DNA of 64,000 nt from Minisyncoccia bacterium (GTDB lineage: Bacteria; Patescibacteriota; Minisyncoccia; Phycocordibacterales; Phycocordibacteraceae), in NCBI GenBank assembly GCA_038228545.1, contig JBBRPE010000004.1, positions 161 to 64,160 on the forward strand. Direction: 5' to 3'. This document shows, piece by piece, positions 9,594-19,550 of the stretch. Position numbers and translations under genes: made by a program. Positions within the stretch are counted from its first letter, which is position 1. Every line of letters begins with the position of its first letter. The notes below the pieces were generated by a model that was given only the letters and a program-made list of their open reading frames with translations, was not told the DNA's origin and did not search any database.

Positions 9594-11084
9594 GTGGCAG
9601 ATAAAAAAGACAAGGACACGAGCGGTGCGCCGCCTCGCGAGTCAGTCGTGCGGTTCGAAGAGACTTCCTTCGAATACGGTCACAATCACCCCATCCTCAA
9701 CGAGGTGGATTTTTCTTTGCGTAAGGGCATGAAGGTCACGCTCATGGGCCAGAACGGCGCGGGCAAATCAACTATATTCAAACTCATTTCGGGTGAATAT
9801 ACGCCCGAGCGTGGCAAGATTCAGATACCGCGCGGTACCACCATCGCCATGGCGCACCAGGTCATACCACCTGCACTTAAAGAAAAGACAATACGTGAAT
9901 TTTTTGAAGCAAGCTTTACGGAGAAGGTCTACGACATCGACCCGAAGATAGATGCAGTGCTTGAGGTGGTGAATCTCCATGCTCCAAAGGAGCGCATCAT
10001 TAAATCTTTCTCGGGCGGTCAACAGGCACGTCTTTTGCTTGCAAGCGCAATCATTCAGGATCCTGACCTGCTCTTGCTCGACGAGCCGACGAACAATCTC
10101 GATACCGCTGGCATCGAGCATCTTACGGAGTTTCTTAAGAACTACGAGAAGACGTGTCTTGTTATTTCGCATGATGCAGAGTTCCTCAACTCGTTTAGTG
10201 ACGGCGTCCTCTACCTCGATGTACATACGCGCAAGGTCGAGCAGTACTTCGGTAACTACAATGACTTGCTCAAGGAAATAAGTGCTCGCATTGAACGTGA
10301 GAATCGCAAGAATGCGCAGATTGAGAAGAAAATTCAGGACAATAAGGACAAGGCAAACTTCTTTGCGCAGAAGGGAGGTAAGATGCGTCTCGTTGCAAAG
10401 AAGATGCGTGAGGAAATCGAGGAGATGGAAGAGAACAAAGCCGATGTCCGTAAAGAAGATAAGACTATTCGTCCCTTCGTAATACCAAGTCAGCCGGAAA
10501 TTATCGGCGAGCTTCTCACGGTTACATCGTTTACAACTATGGACCCGAAGACGCACAAGCCAAAGTTACAGAAGGCAAGTGTCGTACTTAAAAAGCGCAA
10601 TCATCTATTACTAAGGGGCCCCAACGGTATCGGTAAGACGACTCTTCTTGAATCGCTCGCAAACGGCACTGCGGAAGGTGCACAGATATCAAAAGGTGTT
10701 CGTGTCGGCTACTACCGACAGGACTTCTCCACACTTAACTTTGAGCATACGGTGTATGAAGCACTTGCTGCTGTTATGGAAAAAGTGGACGAGGAACGAC
10801 TCCGTGCGGTCGCGGCTGGCTTCCTGCTTACGGGCGAGCAAATAAAAAAGAAGATAGGTGTGCTATCGGAAGGACAGAAGGGTCTTGTTGCGTTCGCGCG
10901 GCTCGTCCTTGAACGCCCTGGCCTCCTTATTCTTGATGAGCCGACCAACCACATAAACTTCCGCCATCTTCCCGTTATTGCGAAAGCACTTGATGAATAT
11001 GAAGGAGCGATGATACTTGTTTCCCACGTACCTGAATTCGTAGAAAAAATCCGTATCGACGAAATCCTTGACTTGGGGAAGTAA
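9594..11084 (+). CDS. ABC-F family ATPase (tandem ABC domains, no TMD; translation/ribosome-associated type)
   Basis: Two Walker A motifs (GQNGAGKST, GPNGIGKTT) and two signature motifs (FSGGQQARLLLA, LSEGQKGLVAFA). A charged inter-domain linker is typical of ABC-F. Confidence 0.85.
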   Translation: MADKKDKDTSGAPPRESVVRFEETSFEYGHNHPILNEVDFSLRKGMKVTLMGQNGAGKSTIFKLISGEYTPERGKIQIPRGTTIAMAHQVIPPALKEKTIREFFEASFTEKVYDIDPKIDAVLEVVNLHAPKERIIKSFSGGQQARLLLASAIIQDPDLLLLDEPTNNLDTAGIEHLTEFLKNYEKTCLVISHDAEFLNSFSDGVLYLDVHTRKVEQYFGNYNDLLKEISARIERENRKNAQIEKKIQDNKDKANFFAQKGGKMRLVAKKMREEIEEMEENKADVRKEDKTIRPFVIPSQPEIIGELLTVTSFTTMDPKTHKPKLQKASVVLKKRNHLLLRGPNGIGKTTLLESLANGTAEGAQISKGVRVGYYRQDFSTLNFEHTVYEALAAVMEKVDEERLRAVAAGFLLTGEQIKKKIGVLSEGQKGLVAFARLVLERPGLLILDEPTNHINFRHLPVIAKALDEYEGAMILVSHVPEFVEKIRIDEILDLGK

Positions 11085-11162
11085 TTCTCACCTAGGCCCC
11101 TGAAACAACGACGCCTCGGTGACGAGGTATACTTGTAAGACACTAATTACCTGTAACTTTTT

Positions 11163-11939
11163 ATGAACAAAACGACAAAGGTTCTAGCGGTAGCTGCAGC
11201 AATTGCATTCTGTGCGACCTACGGCGTTGCGTATGCAGCTGACTTGGGACCTGAACAGGGAGTAGTAGGACATCCGGGTCCGTCCCGGATGGGTGGGCAC
11301 GGTTCTGGTACGAGCGAACATGGGGACCGTCCTTTTTCCGGTATGTCGGGACACGGGTCCGGAGAGGGCTCCACCACTGGTATGATGCACGGACCTGGTG
11401 ACCATAGCTCTACAACCTGGCAGAGGGGTATGGGCTCCACTACTTGGAACGGTGGTGATGGTGGAAAGCACGGCTCTACTACTCCTATGACGCGTCCGGG
11501 CATCCATGGTATTCCTGGAACGGTAAGTGTACTTGGTACGAATCAATTCACCCTCACGTTCCCAGGTAAGGACAGTACAACAAATACCTTTACGATAACG
11601 ATAGCTGACTCAACGAAGTTCATGCACGGCTCAACCACAGGATCGTTCAGCGATCTTACGGTGGGGACCAAGGTACTTGTGCAAGGAAAGATAAACACCG
11701 CCACAAAGACGATTGCCGCGGAACGCGTCCTTTTCGGTATGGGTGATGGTGGTTCTATGGGTACGCACGATGGCGGGCATGAAGGCTCAACATCGGATCA
11801 AAACGGTTCGCACAACGGTTTCCTGAACAAGCTCAAGAACATGTTTGGCGGATCACATGGTGACTCCCAGACTTCAGGTGGTGCAGCTGCAGCAGAAGGA
11901 AATGATTTCCTAGGCTCACTCTTTGGCTGGATGCACTAA
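11163..11939 (+). CDS. Secreted Gly/His/Ser/Thr-rich protein of unknown function (possible metal-binding)
   Basis: Signal peptide MNKTTKVLAVAAAIAFCATYGVAYA. Repeated HGSG/GSTT/MHGPGDH segments. Terminator downstream. Confidence 0.5.
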   Translation: MNKTTKVLAVAAAIAFCATYGVAYAADLGPEQGVVGHPGPSRMGGHGSGTSEHGDRPFSGMSGHGSGEGSTTGMMHGPGDHSSTTWQRGMGSTTWNGGDGGKHGSTTPMTRPGIHGIPGTVSVLGTNQFTLTFPGKDSTTNTFTITIADSTKFMHGSTTGSFSDLTVGTKVLVQGKINTATKTIAAERVLFGMGDGGSMGTHDGGHEGSTSDQNGSHNGFLNKLKNMFGGSHGDSQTSGGAAAAEGNDFLGSLFGWMH

Positions 11940-11956
11940 ATGTTCGTATATAGAAA

Positions 11957-11985
11957 GGCCCCGTATCCACGGGGCCTTTCTATAT
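11957..11985 (+). terminator. Rho-independent terminator
   Basis: ggccccgt atcc acggggcc followed by TTTCTATATTT. Confidence 0.6.
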
Positions 11986-12036
11986 TTCAAAAACGTACTG
12001 ATTGCCTGCGTCCTCGTGCAGTGGTAGAACAGATAT

Positions 12037-13500
12037 ATGGAGGTTAAGAACAAATTCCCCATTTTAGGGGGCATTATGCTCGCTATGCTGCTTGCAGCGA
12101 TGGATCAAACCATCGTGGCGACGGCGATGCCACAGATAGTACAGCAGCTGCATGGCCTCGAGCACCTCTCGTGGGTCTTCACTGCGTATATGCTCGCTTC
12201 GACCGTGACCGTACCTATATATGGCAAGTTGTCCGATATTTTCGGCCGCCGTACCCTCTATATCGTTGCTATCGTGATATTCCTTATCGGCTCGATTCTG
12301 TCGGGTGCCGCTACCTCCATGCTGCAGCTCATCCTTTTTCGTGGCATTCAGGGTATTGGGGGTGGTGCCATTATGGTGCTCTCGATAGCACTTATCGCTG
12401 ACATTTTCCCGCCGTCCGAGCGTGGTAAGTGGCAGGGCCTTATCGGTGCAGCGTTCGGTGTTGCGGCCATTGCCGGTCCGTTACTGGGCGGATGGATTAC
12501 AGACAACGTCTCATGGCGCTGGGTCTTTTACGTCAACATTCCGCTCGCAATCCTCGCTATCGTGGTACTCATGGCGACACTTCCAAAGATAGCCAAGAAA
12601 GCAGAGCGCCCGAAGATTGATTATCTGGGAGCGCTTCTTATCGCGACTACACTCGTGCCGTTTCTGCTCGCTATGGTATGGGGAGGTAGTACGTACGCAT
12701 GGACGAGTAGTGAAGTTCTTTCGTTGTTCGGTATTTCGTTCATCTCTCTATTTTTCTTCGTCTGGCGCGAAGAAAGTATCCCGGAGCCGATTCTTTCACT
12801 TCGACTTTTCCAGTCGAGGATATTTACCGTATCAGTGCTTGCGACCTTCCTCTCAGCAATGGGCATGTTCGGAGCCATTCTCTATATCCCGCTTTTTTCT
12901 CAAACCATTCTTCACACAAGCGCTACCGTCTCAGGCCTTGCACTCACGCCGATGATGCTCGCGCTCGTCGTTTCTTCTGCTGGTTCTGGCCAGATAGTAT
13001 CGCGCACTGGTACATATAAATGGCTCGTTGTCGCTGGTCTCGCGCTTGTAGCTATTGCCGTTTTCTCCTTCTCGACCGTTGGGCCTGCCACTACCACGTG
13101 GGGGCTCGCACTGCGCATGGTAGTGCTGGGCTTTGGTCTTGGTCCTACGATGTCGACGTTCGTGCTGGTTGTGCAGAGTGCATTCGATCCACGTCGCACG
13201 GGAGAAGTCACCGCTGCCGTACAAATGTTCCGCACGGTCGGTGGTACGGTGGGTACCGCTGTACTTGGTGGTGTGATGAATGCGGAACGTGCACGACAGC
13301 TTACAACCGGCGCATCGGAAACTATCGCTTTCAGCAGGGCTGTAGATCATGTATTTCTTATCGCTACCGTATTTATGGTTGTTGCATTTCTCATCGTACT
13401 TTTCTTACCGCAGATTGCGCTTCGCAAATCCAATCGCCCAGTACTTGAGGAGATAGGCATCGAACTCGAGGAGGAACTTTCTCAGGGCGAGCCGGGGTAG
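12037..13500 (+). CDS. MFS transporter, DHA2 (EmrB/QacA-like, 14-TMS) family
   Basis: Multiple TM helices. The MFS motif region GKLSDIFGRR and the 487-aa length are typical of DHA2 drug:H+ antiporters. Confidence 0.8.
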   Translation: MEVKNKFPILGGIMLAMLLAAMDQTIVATAMPQIVQQLHGLEHLSWVFTAYMLASTVTVPIYGKLSDIFGRRTLYIVAIVIFLIGSILSGAATSMLQLILFRGIQGIGGGAIMVLSIALIADIFPPSERGKWQGLIGAAFGVAAIAGPLLGGWITDNVSWRWVFYVNIPLAILAIVVLMATLPKIAKKAERPKIDYLGALLIATTLVPFLLAMVWGGSTYAWTSSEVLSLFGISFISLFFFVWREESIPEPILSLRLFQSRIFTVSVLATFLSAMGMFGAILYIPLFSQTILHTSATVSGLALTPMMLALVVSSAGSGQIVSRTGTYKWLVVAGLALVAIAVFSFSTVGPATTTWGLALRMVVLGFGLGPTMSTFVLVVQSAFDPRRTGEVTAAVQMFRTVGGTVGTAVLGGVMNAERARQLTTGASETIAFSRAVDHVFLIATVFMVVAFLIVLFLPQIALRKSNRPVLEEIGIELEEELSQGEPG

Positions 13501-13544
13501 TTTATTCTTCTGATACCATAGAGCTATACCATTAGCTCTCGGAT

Positions 13545-14138
13545 ATGAATACGAACGTTATCATTGGAATTGTAGTTGCGGCGATTATCGTTATTGGAGG
13601 AGGTGTTTGGTACACAACCAGTCACCAGACACCGACAGTAACCGCAACTCAGACTGCGGAAACCGGCACACAGCCAACAGCAAATCCCTCAGGTTCGGGT
13701 TCTATAAATGATCTCGCGCTTATGGCGGGCTCGCTTCAGTGTGACGTTACTTCCACTGATACGACGTCGGCATTTACCGGCAAAGTCTATACGTCGGGCG
13801 GACAGATGCGTGTCGACTCGGTCGTGAATTCCTCGGGCAAAACAATCAACTCACATATGATTCGCGGAGGTGGTTTCTTCTACACCTGGAGCGATCTTAT
13901 GCCGCAAGGAATAAAAATTCCTGAAAGTATGGCTACTGCACAGTCAGGAAATGCTCCTGCACCCGCTTCTTCTCGTGGCAGTGTAAACAGTACGGCAAAA
14001 GTCAGCTACACCTGTCTTCCTTGGATTGCCGATACGAGCGTCTTTACGCCGCCAGCAAACATTACATTCATGACGATTCCAACCTCGGCAACTACTATGC
14101 CGCACGGCGTGCCAACTCCGACACACGCTACGTACTAA
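13545..14138 (+). CDS. Membrane-anchored hypothetical protein with T/S-rich linker
   Basis: N-terminal TM helix VIIGIVVAAIIVIGGGVWY then a low-complexity TPTVTATQTAETGTQPT region. No recognisable domain. Confidence 0.4.
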   Translation: MNTNVIIGIVVAAIIVIGGGVWYTTSHQTPTVTATQTAETGTQPTANPSGSGSINDLALMAGSLQCDVTSTDTTSAFTGKVYTSGGQMRVDSVVNSSGKTINSHMIRGGGFFYTWSDLMPQGIKIPESMATAQSGNAPAPASSRGSVNSTAKVSYTCLPWIADTSVFTPPANITFMTIPTSATTMPHGVPTPTHATY

Positions 14139-14395
14139 TGCGTCCGTACGTCGTCTATCTACTGCGCTGCGCTGATGGAACGTTCTACACCGGAATTACG
14201 ACCGATATAACGCGGCGTGTTCGGGAGCACAACCAGGGCACACGCGGAGCGAAGTACACAAAAGCCAGACGGCCGGTAGAGCTCGTCTATCAGGAACAAT
14301 CTTCTTCCAGAAGCGACGCGCAAAAGCGAGAATACGCCGTGCGTACGCTACCTCGTACAGAAAAACAGAAGCTCGCGCGGGTAAAGTCTCCTTGA
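14138..14395 (+). CDS. GIY-YIG nuclease family protein (UPF0213/YhbQ-like)
   Basis: MRPYVVYLLRCADGTFYTGITTDITRRVREHNQG aligns with the E. coli YhbQ N-terminus ([30 protein letters not shown]). The ATG overlaps the upstream stop (TAATG). Confidence 0.75.
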   Translation: MRPYVVYLLRCADGTFYTGITTDITRRVREHNQGTRGAKYTKARRPVELVYQEQSSSRSDAQKREYAVRTLPRTEKQKLARVKSP

Positions 14396-14430
14396 CCTAG
14401 GGTCGGTACCCCCGTATCGTAGGGAACGGC

Positions 14431-14643
14431 ATGAGAGAAGTCATACATACCACAGTCTATAATCTGCGTACAAACGTAGGAAGCACACAGGAAGAGCTTG
14501 CGACAGCTCTGGGTGTCTCACGCCAGACTGTTATAGCCATTGAAAAAGGGAATTACACGCCTTCGATTCTCCTTGCGCTTAAAATTGCACAGTATTTTAA
14601 AAAGCCCGTTGAACATATATTCACCATTGCCCATGAAAAATAA
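14431..14643 (+). CDS. XRE-family helix-turn-helix transcriptional regulator
   Basis: [38 protein letters not shown] is a classic HTH_3 (Cro/C1-type) motif. 70 aa. Confidence 0.85.
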   Translation: MREVIHTTVYNLRTNVGSTQEELATALGVSRQTVIAIEKGNYTPSILLALKIAQYFKKPVEHIFTIAHEK

Positions 14644-14992
14644 TCTCATCGAGATAGGCGTGCTTCTCGTACTTATCGTGCTCGGCATTGTCATTCTGAA
14701 TCCACTCCATCTCTGGATGCCTGACATGATGCATGTAACGGTTCTCGCGGGCTTGCTGGTATTCTTTGCTGCGCTTGCGGCGTTTGTAGTTCAGGAAAAA
14801 GACGGCGACGAACGTGAGAATATGTTGCGTATGCTTGCAGGACGCATCGGCTACCTGGCAGGAGCTGCAGTGCTTGTTGCTGCTATCGCTATCCAAGGTT
14901 TCCATGGAGGCACCGACCCATGGCTTGTGCTTGCACTTCTTGCCATGCTTATCGCTAAGCTTGGTGTTCACCTCTATATCTCGAACCGGTAG
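14633..14992 (+). CDS. Small membrane protein partnered with the XRE regulator (DUF2178-like arrangement)
   Basis: Start ATG overlaps the regulator stop. Three or four hydrophobic helices ([55 protein letters not shown]). Confidence 0.55.
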   Translation: MKNNLIEIGVLLVLIVLGIVILNPLHLWMPDMMHVTVLAGLLVFFAALAAFVVQEKDGDERENMLRMLAGRIGYLAGAAVLVAAIAIQGFHGGTDPWLVLALLAMLIAKLGVHLYISNR

Positions 14993-14997
14993 CTGTG

Positions 14998-15029
14998 GAT
15001 AAGATGTAAAGTGCTCTTTACATCTTATC
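14998..15029. promoter_or_regulatory. Perfect 14-bp inverted repeat (gataagatgtaaag tgct ctttacatcttatc)
   Basis: Seen directly. It lies between the membrane-protein stop (14992) and the next start (15052) and is not followed by a U-tract. Confidence 0.4.
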
Positions 15030-15051
15030 GGTCCGCCCGTATCATGAAGGA

Positions 15052-16839
15052 ATGTTCCTACTCATACTTTCGTTCGTTGCTGGTGTTCTTACGGTTCTTG
15101 CTCCTTGCACATTGCCGCTACTCCCGGTGATTGTGGGGGAGGCTGCCGGAGGAACGAGTCGTCATCGTGCACTTGTTGTTATAGGCTCGCTCGGTGTTTC
15201 GCTTTTTGCGTTCACTTTTCTGCTTAAAGTATCAACTGTTTTCATACATGTTCCGCCGTCCGTCTGGGCATGGATATCAGGAGGACTCATCACCATCTTC
15301 GGACTCATTACGCTCTTCCCTGAAATATGGGAACGCTTTTCGTTTGCGAACTCCCTTAATAAGGCGTCCAATCGTGCCATGGGAAAGGGCTACCTTAAGA
15401 AAAGTCTTGCGGGTGACATTCTTATAGGCGCTGCTCTGGGTCCCGTCTTCTCCAGTTGTAGCCCGACGTACTTCATAATTCTCGCTACTATTCTCCCGAC
15501 GAATCTCACACTCGGTGTCGTGTACCTCACGGTATACGTCCTCGGGCTCTGTCTCGCGCTCTTCCTCATAGCACTTCTGGGACAGCGCATCATTGGAAAG
15601 CTTGACGGCATTTCTGATCCTCACGGCTGGTTCAAGCGTTCGCTTGGTGTGCTCTTTATACTCGTCGGTCTCGCAGTCTTCTTTGGGGTGGATAAGTCCA
15701 TTGAAAGCGGTATTGCCGCACATGCAGGTGCATTCGATGTCACAAAAGTGGAACAGAAGCTCTTGCTAGACCATCAAAATTCGACGGAAGCAGCAACGGC
15801 GTCCTCAACCTCAGCGAATTCACAGACAGTACCGGGCACTACCGTGACGCCTTCCGGAACGTTGATTACCCAAGCCGAGAAGATGCTCCGTTACAAGAAG
15901 GAGCCTGAACTTGCTGGTATCGACGCGTACCTTAATACGGGCGGACAAAAGATATCGCTCGCGCAGTACAAGGGCAAGAACGTGGTCCTTGTAGACTTCT
16001 GGACGTATAGCTGTATCAACTGTCAGCGTACACTTCCATATCTCACAAAGTGGTACGGAAAGTACAAGGATCAGGGGCTTGTCATAATCGGCGTACATAC
16101 ACCTGAATTTGCGTTTGAACACCTACAGACGAACGTTCAGGATGCACTCACACGCTTCGGTATCGAATACCCAGTCGTCCTTGATAACGAGTATTCGACC
16201 TGGAATGCATTCGGTAATCAGTTCTGGCCACGTGAATATCTTATCGATATCGACGGCTATATCGTGCATGACCATGCCGGAGAAGGTGAGTACGATGTGA
16301 CAGAGAAAGCGATTCAGACAGCGCTTGCAGAACGGGCAACGCGCCTCGGCACTGGCGCGCAGGTTCCAGGCGGTACGGTATCGGTTGCTCCGGCAGACCT
16401 TACCGGCATAGGAAGCCCTGAAACATACTTCGGCTCCGCACGAAATCAATTCTTTGCGAATGGCGCTCCGTTTACTGCTGGTGCTCAGACGCCAACACTT
16501 CCACAAGCCTTCAGTCTGAATAAACTCTATCTTGGTGGGGCATGGAATTTCTCAGACCAATACGCGACGGCGGGTGCGGGAAGCGAAGTGGTGTACCACT
16601 ATCGTTCAAAGGACGTCTATCTGGTAGCGAGCTCAGACAGCTCGGCAGACGTTGAAGTAACTCAAGATGGGAATGCACTCGGAAGCGTTGCGGGGGCTGA
16701 TGTGTCAGTTACGAGTGTCGTTACTATCGGTACAAGCAGGCTCTACAAAATAGTATCGAATCCGTCTTCAGGCGACCATGTGCTTCATTTCAAAGTGAAG
16801 AGCGGAACGGTTCACTTCTTTACCTTTACCTTTGGGTAA
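15052..16839 (+). CDS. CcdA/DsbD-like transmembrane electron transporter fused to a TlpA/ResA-like thioredoxin domain, with an extra C-terminal domain
   Basis: N-terminal multi-TM domain carrying the paired Cys of CcdA (APCTLPLLP). Thioredoxin fold with WTYSCINCQRTLPYL (CxxC). ~200-aa C-terminal extension of unknown function. Confidence 0.7.
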   Translation: MFLLILSFVAGVLTVLAPCTLPLLPVIVGEAAGGTSRHRALVVIGSLGVSLFAFTFLLKVSTVFIHVPPSVWAWISGGLITIFGLITLFPEIWERFSFANSLNKASNRAMGKGYLKKSLAGDILIGAALGPVFSSCSPTYFIILATILPTNLTLGVVYLTVYVLGLCLALFLIALLGQRIIGKLDGISDPHGWFKRSLGVLFILVGLAVFFGVDKSIESGIAAHAGAFDVTKVEQKLLLDHQNSTEAATASSTSANSQTVPGTTVTPSGTLITQAEKMLRYKKEPELAGIDAYLNTGGQKISLAQYKGKNVVLVDFWTYSCINCQRTLPYLTKWYGKYKDQGLVIIGVHTPEFAFEHLQTNVQDALTRFGIEYPVVLDNEYSTWNAFGNQFWPREYLIDIDGYIVHDHAGEGEYDVTEKAIQTALAERATRLGTGAQVPGGTVSVAPADLTGIGSPETYFGSARNQFFANGAPFTAGAQTPTLPQAFSLNKLYLGGAWNFSDQYATAGAGSEVVYHYRSKDVYLVASSDSSADVEVTQDGNALGSVAGADVSVTSVVTIGTSRLYKIVSNPSSGDHVLHFKVKSGTVHFFTFTFG

Positions 16840-16863
16840 ACCTTCGTGTGCTAGCATTTCAGT

Positions 16864-17481
16864 ATGGAAACAAAGCCTCTGAACGTCCTCATACTCAATG
16901 CATCGCTTAAACACGGATCTGAACCATCCGCCACTGAAGAAGTGGCCGAAATGGTTGTCTCCAAAATGAGGGAACTTGATGCGGTTCAGAGTGTATCCGT
17001 GCGTTTGTCAGATATGAATATTCCGGTCGGACTGGGTTACAAAGAGAGCGAAGACGACGAGTGGCCGAGTATCGTCGATAAGATTATCGTTGCGGATATC
17101 GTACTGTTTGCGACTCCCATATGGTGGGGTGGGCGCTCGAGTCTTATGCAGCGGGTGATTGAGCGTATGGACGCGTTTGACGAGGGCACTGTTCCTGAAG
17201 GTCGTGCCGCGCTTCTGAATAAAGTGGCGGGGATAGTCATCACTGGCAGTGAAGACGGTGCGCAGGCCGTACTGGCCGGGCTCATGGAAGCGCTTTCGTT
17301 TTTCAACTTTACGCTTCCGCCTCAGTGTTGCACCTACTGGGTAGGAGAAGTCGGTATGGATCCAAAGACGGATTCAGAGCGTCGCCGCAAGAATCCTGCG
17401 GTAGAACATATGGCGACGGCAACTGCTAAAGGACTTGTCCACTACGCTCGTCTCATTTCGATTAATCCTCTGTCAAAATAG
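16864..17481 (+). CDS. Flavodoxin-like fold NAD(P)H-dependent FMN reductase/quinone oxidoreductase family protein
   Basis: LNVLILNASLKHGS...IVLFATPIWWGGRSSLMQRVIERMD is typical of the NADPH-dependent FMN reductase/flavodoxin_2 family. Confidence 0.7.
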   Translation: METKPLNVLILNASLKHGSEPSATEEVAEMVVSKMRELDAVQSVSVRLSDMNIPVGLGYKESEDDEWPSIVDKIIVADIVLFATPIWWGGRSSLMQRVIERMDAFDEGTVPEGRAALLNKVAGIVITGSEDGAQAVLAGLMEALSFFNFTLPPQCCTYWVGEVGMDPKTDSERRRKNPAVEHMATATAKGLVHYARLISINPLSK

Positions 17482-17485
17482 AGGG

Positions 17486-18706
17486 ATGGACATATTTACA
17501 CAGCTCGTGGGCTTTCTTACCGGCCTCGGTCTCATTATCGTAAGTATTTTTGGTGGCCAAACGAATATAGCTTCAACTGCATCCTCTCTCGTTGACACAC
17601 CAAGCGAAGTGGCTACCGTAGCGACCGCGACAGTCAATACGTCAAACACCGTCTCAAAAGGCTATAGCCAAGCAGAATTGCTTGCAATGGCAGGGGACAA
17701 ATACGCAAACGGAAGTGTACCGCTTGGCGACTACAAATATGTGACATCGGCAGCAAAGAAGGGATACGTCTATCTCTGTAATGTGCACAAAGACAATCCA
17801 GGCTCAATGGTGAATGGCCCGTGGATTACCGGCAGTACATGGAACTTCAAGAAAAAAGTAACTGTCGATGGTGCTATCACCTGGAAGCAAGCGACATTCT
17901 CGAATGTGATTTCCGGCGCGTATCGCGTCATGACTGGTAACGACTTGCCGGTTGGTCAGACGACCGGCGTGTTTCCGGTAGCAAGTTCGGATGACGCGCA
18001 CGCATACGATCCGAATCCGAATACCATTAAGGTACAGACGCAGAAGAACACCTTGCCTGCGACACCAGTCTATTCCGCGACACCCTACTGTATGGGCGGG
18101 GAAGTCGGCGTGATGAAAAACGGTGTCGCGCTCTTCAATGGATTTGATGCAGGGCTTCGCGATGCCGCAGCTCACGAGGTCCAGGATTCTAACGACGGTC
18201 ACCCACAAGGCTCAGGAGAGTATCATTACCATAGTCTTCCTGCTTTCTTGTATAACGCCACGGTCTTTACGGTTATCGGTTTTGCCTATGATGGCTTTCC
18301 GATAACCGGGCCTGTCGTCACTGATGGCAAATATCTCACCACGGACAATCTGGATGAATGTCACGGACTTACCAGTACGGTTACGCTCGATGGTAAGCAG
18401 GTAACAACCTATCACTACGTAATGACGTACGACTTCCCATACTCAGCGAGCTGCTTCCGCGGCAAGTCTTCCTTTGTGAGCTCGCCTAATGGCGCTCCGC
18501 AATCGGGTGGTGCTGGGGCCACATCTGCTTCGTCAGCTGGACCGTCGTCGGGCGGTACTCCGCCACAAGAAGCCATAACCGCCTGTACCAGCAAAGCGAC
18601 AAACGCGTCCTGTTCCTTTACCGGAGGCCAGGGTGAGACAGTCTCAGGTACCTGCAAGACCCCACCTGGGAGCTCATCTTCTGCGTGCGTTCCCACAAAT
18701 AGATAA
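17486..18706 (+). CDS. YHYH domain-containing secreted/membrane-anchored protein
   Basis: GEYHYHSLPAFL signature of the YHYH family, N-terminal TM anchor, and a G/S/P-rich Cys-containing C-terminal tail. Confidence 0.65.
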   Translation: MDIFTQLVGFLTGLGLIIVSIFGGQTNIASTASSLVDTPSEVATVATATVNTSNTVSKGYSQAELLAMAGDKYANGSVPLGDYKYVTSAAKKGYVYLCNVHKDNPGSMVNGPWITGSTWNFKKKVTVDGAITWKQATFSNVISGAYRVMTGNDLPVGQTTGVFPVASSDDAHAYDPNPNTIKVQTQKNTLPATPVYSATPYCMGGEVGVMKNGVALFNGFDAGLRDAAAHEVQDSNDGHPQGSGEYHYHSLPAFLYNATVFTVIGFAYDGFPITGPVVTDGKYLTTDNLDECHGLTSTVTLDGKQVTTYHYVMTYDFPYSASCFRGKSSFVSSPNGAPQSGGAGATSASSAGPSSGGTPPQEAITACTSKATNASCSFTGGQGETVSGTCKTPPGSSSSACVPTNR

Positions 18707-18809
18707 CAATCGAATTGTACGTAGTAGCCGTCGACAGATCACTTTTGTTTAAAGTGTTGCCCTACACAAAGGCCCCACGGATTTCTCCGCGGGGCTGCTT
18801 CTCTCTCCA

Positions 18810-19550
18810 TCAAATGACCTTTCCGTCGGCGAATCGTCCGGTTCGCCGTGCCGCCTCGCTCCAAAGTGCACGGCGTATTGCGAACTGAGTGTGTTTGTTA
18901 TCGGAGAAATGCGGAGTTTGAATACTCCTGAACATGGCACCGATTGCCAGGGTCACGTCGTGATCTTTGAAGTTGTTCTCCCTGATTATTATCTTGTTTT
19001 TCCAGTTCGCGGCGAGTCCGGCAAGTGTTTTTGCATCACGATTCCGGTGTACTCCTTTGCTTAACAGAGTTGGAATATGCGTAGCAATCTTTACTATAAC
19101 GAACTCGTTTTCCACGACCATTCTTGAGATGTAGTCTTCAGGAGTTTCATTCGTCGGTTGTGCCACTGGCCTCATCGACACGTTTCGTCGTGGTTCTTCT
19201 CGACGTATGACTGGCGGCCGATGCTCTGGGGCATGCACTGCCGAAGTAACGGCTGCCGGCCGTGCGGCCGATTTTGGCCGCACGGCGTCTACACCGCTCT
19301 TGGTGTGAAAGTCGCAAAGACCAGTTTTCGGGTTTACCCGCCCCTGCTCGTGCTCGGAAGCATCCTGCCTAAAGCAGGGAATGCATCGTCGCGACGGAGA
19401 GGGACAGCTGGTGCAGAGCGTCTTGTTTGTGACAGTCCCGGACGCGCTCACACAAGCATCGTGCGTGACTGCGCGCATATAGACGCCGCAGGCCTCATAG
19501 CCGCCGCCTGCCTGTGGTGAAAGCACGGCACTCCTTGTTGAAATAGGCAT
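18810..19550 (-). CDS. Hypothetical protein co-oriented downstream of dinB: GC-rich N-terminal Cys-rich (Zn-ribbon-like CxxC-x6-CxxC) region, linker, ~120-aa C-terminal domain
   Basis: Track ORF 18810..19712. The start is taken at ATG 19550, preceded by GGAG. N-terminus CTSCPSPSRRCIPC. The C-terminal half (18810..19175, MRPVAQPTNETPEDYISRMVVENEFVIVKIATHIPTLL...) has normal composition. The 19176-19623 block is ~65% GC and full of hairpins, so part of it may be non-coding. Confidence 0.35.
   Translation of the reverse strand: MPISTRSAVLSPQAGGGYEACGVYMRAVTHDACVSASGTVTNKTLCTSCPSPSRRCIPCFRQDASEHEQGRVNPKTGLCDFHTKSGVDAVRPKSAARPAAVTSAVHAPEHRPPVIRREEPRRNVSMRPVAQPTNETPEDYISRMVVENEFVIVKIATHIPTLLSKGVHRNRDAKTLAGLAANWKNKIIIRENNFKDHDVTLAIGAMFRSIQTPHFSDNKHTQFAIRRALWSEAARRTGRFADGKVI

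Noticed and set aside
12171-13448. Alternative-frame ORFs inside the MFS transporter gene (12171..12401, 12429..12620, 12617..12955, 12931..13350, 13020..13448)
   Set aside because: They are overlapping frames of a well-supported 14-TMS MFS gene. The Arg/Cys/Trp-rich translations are typical of out-of-frame reads.
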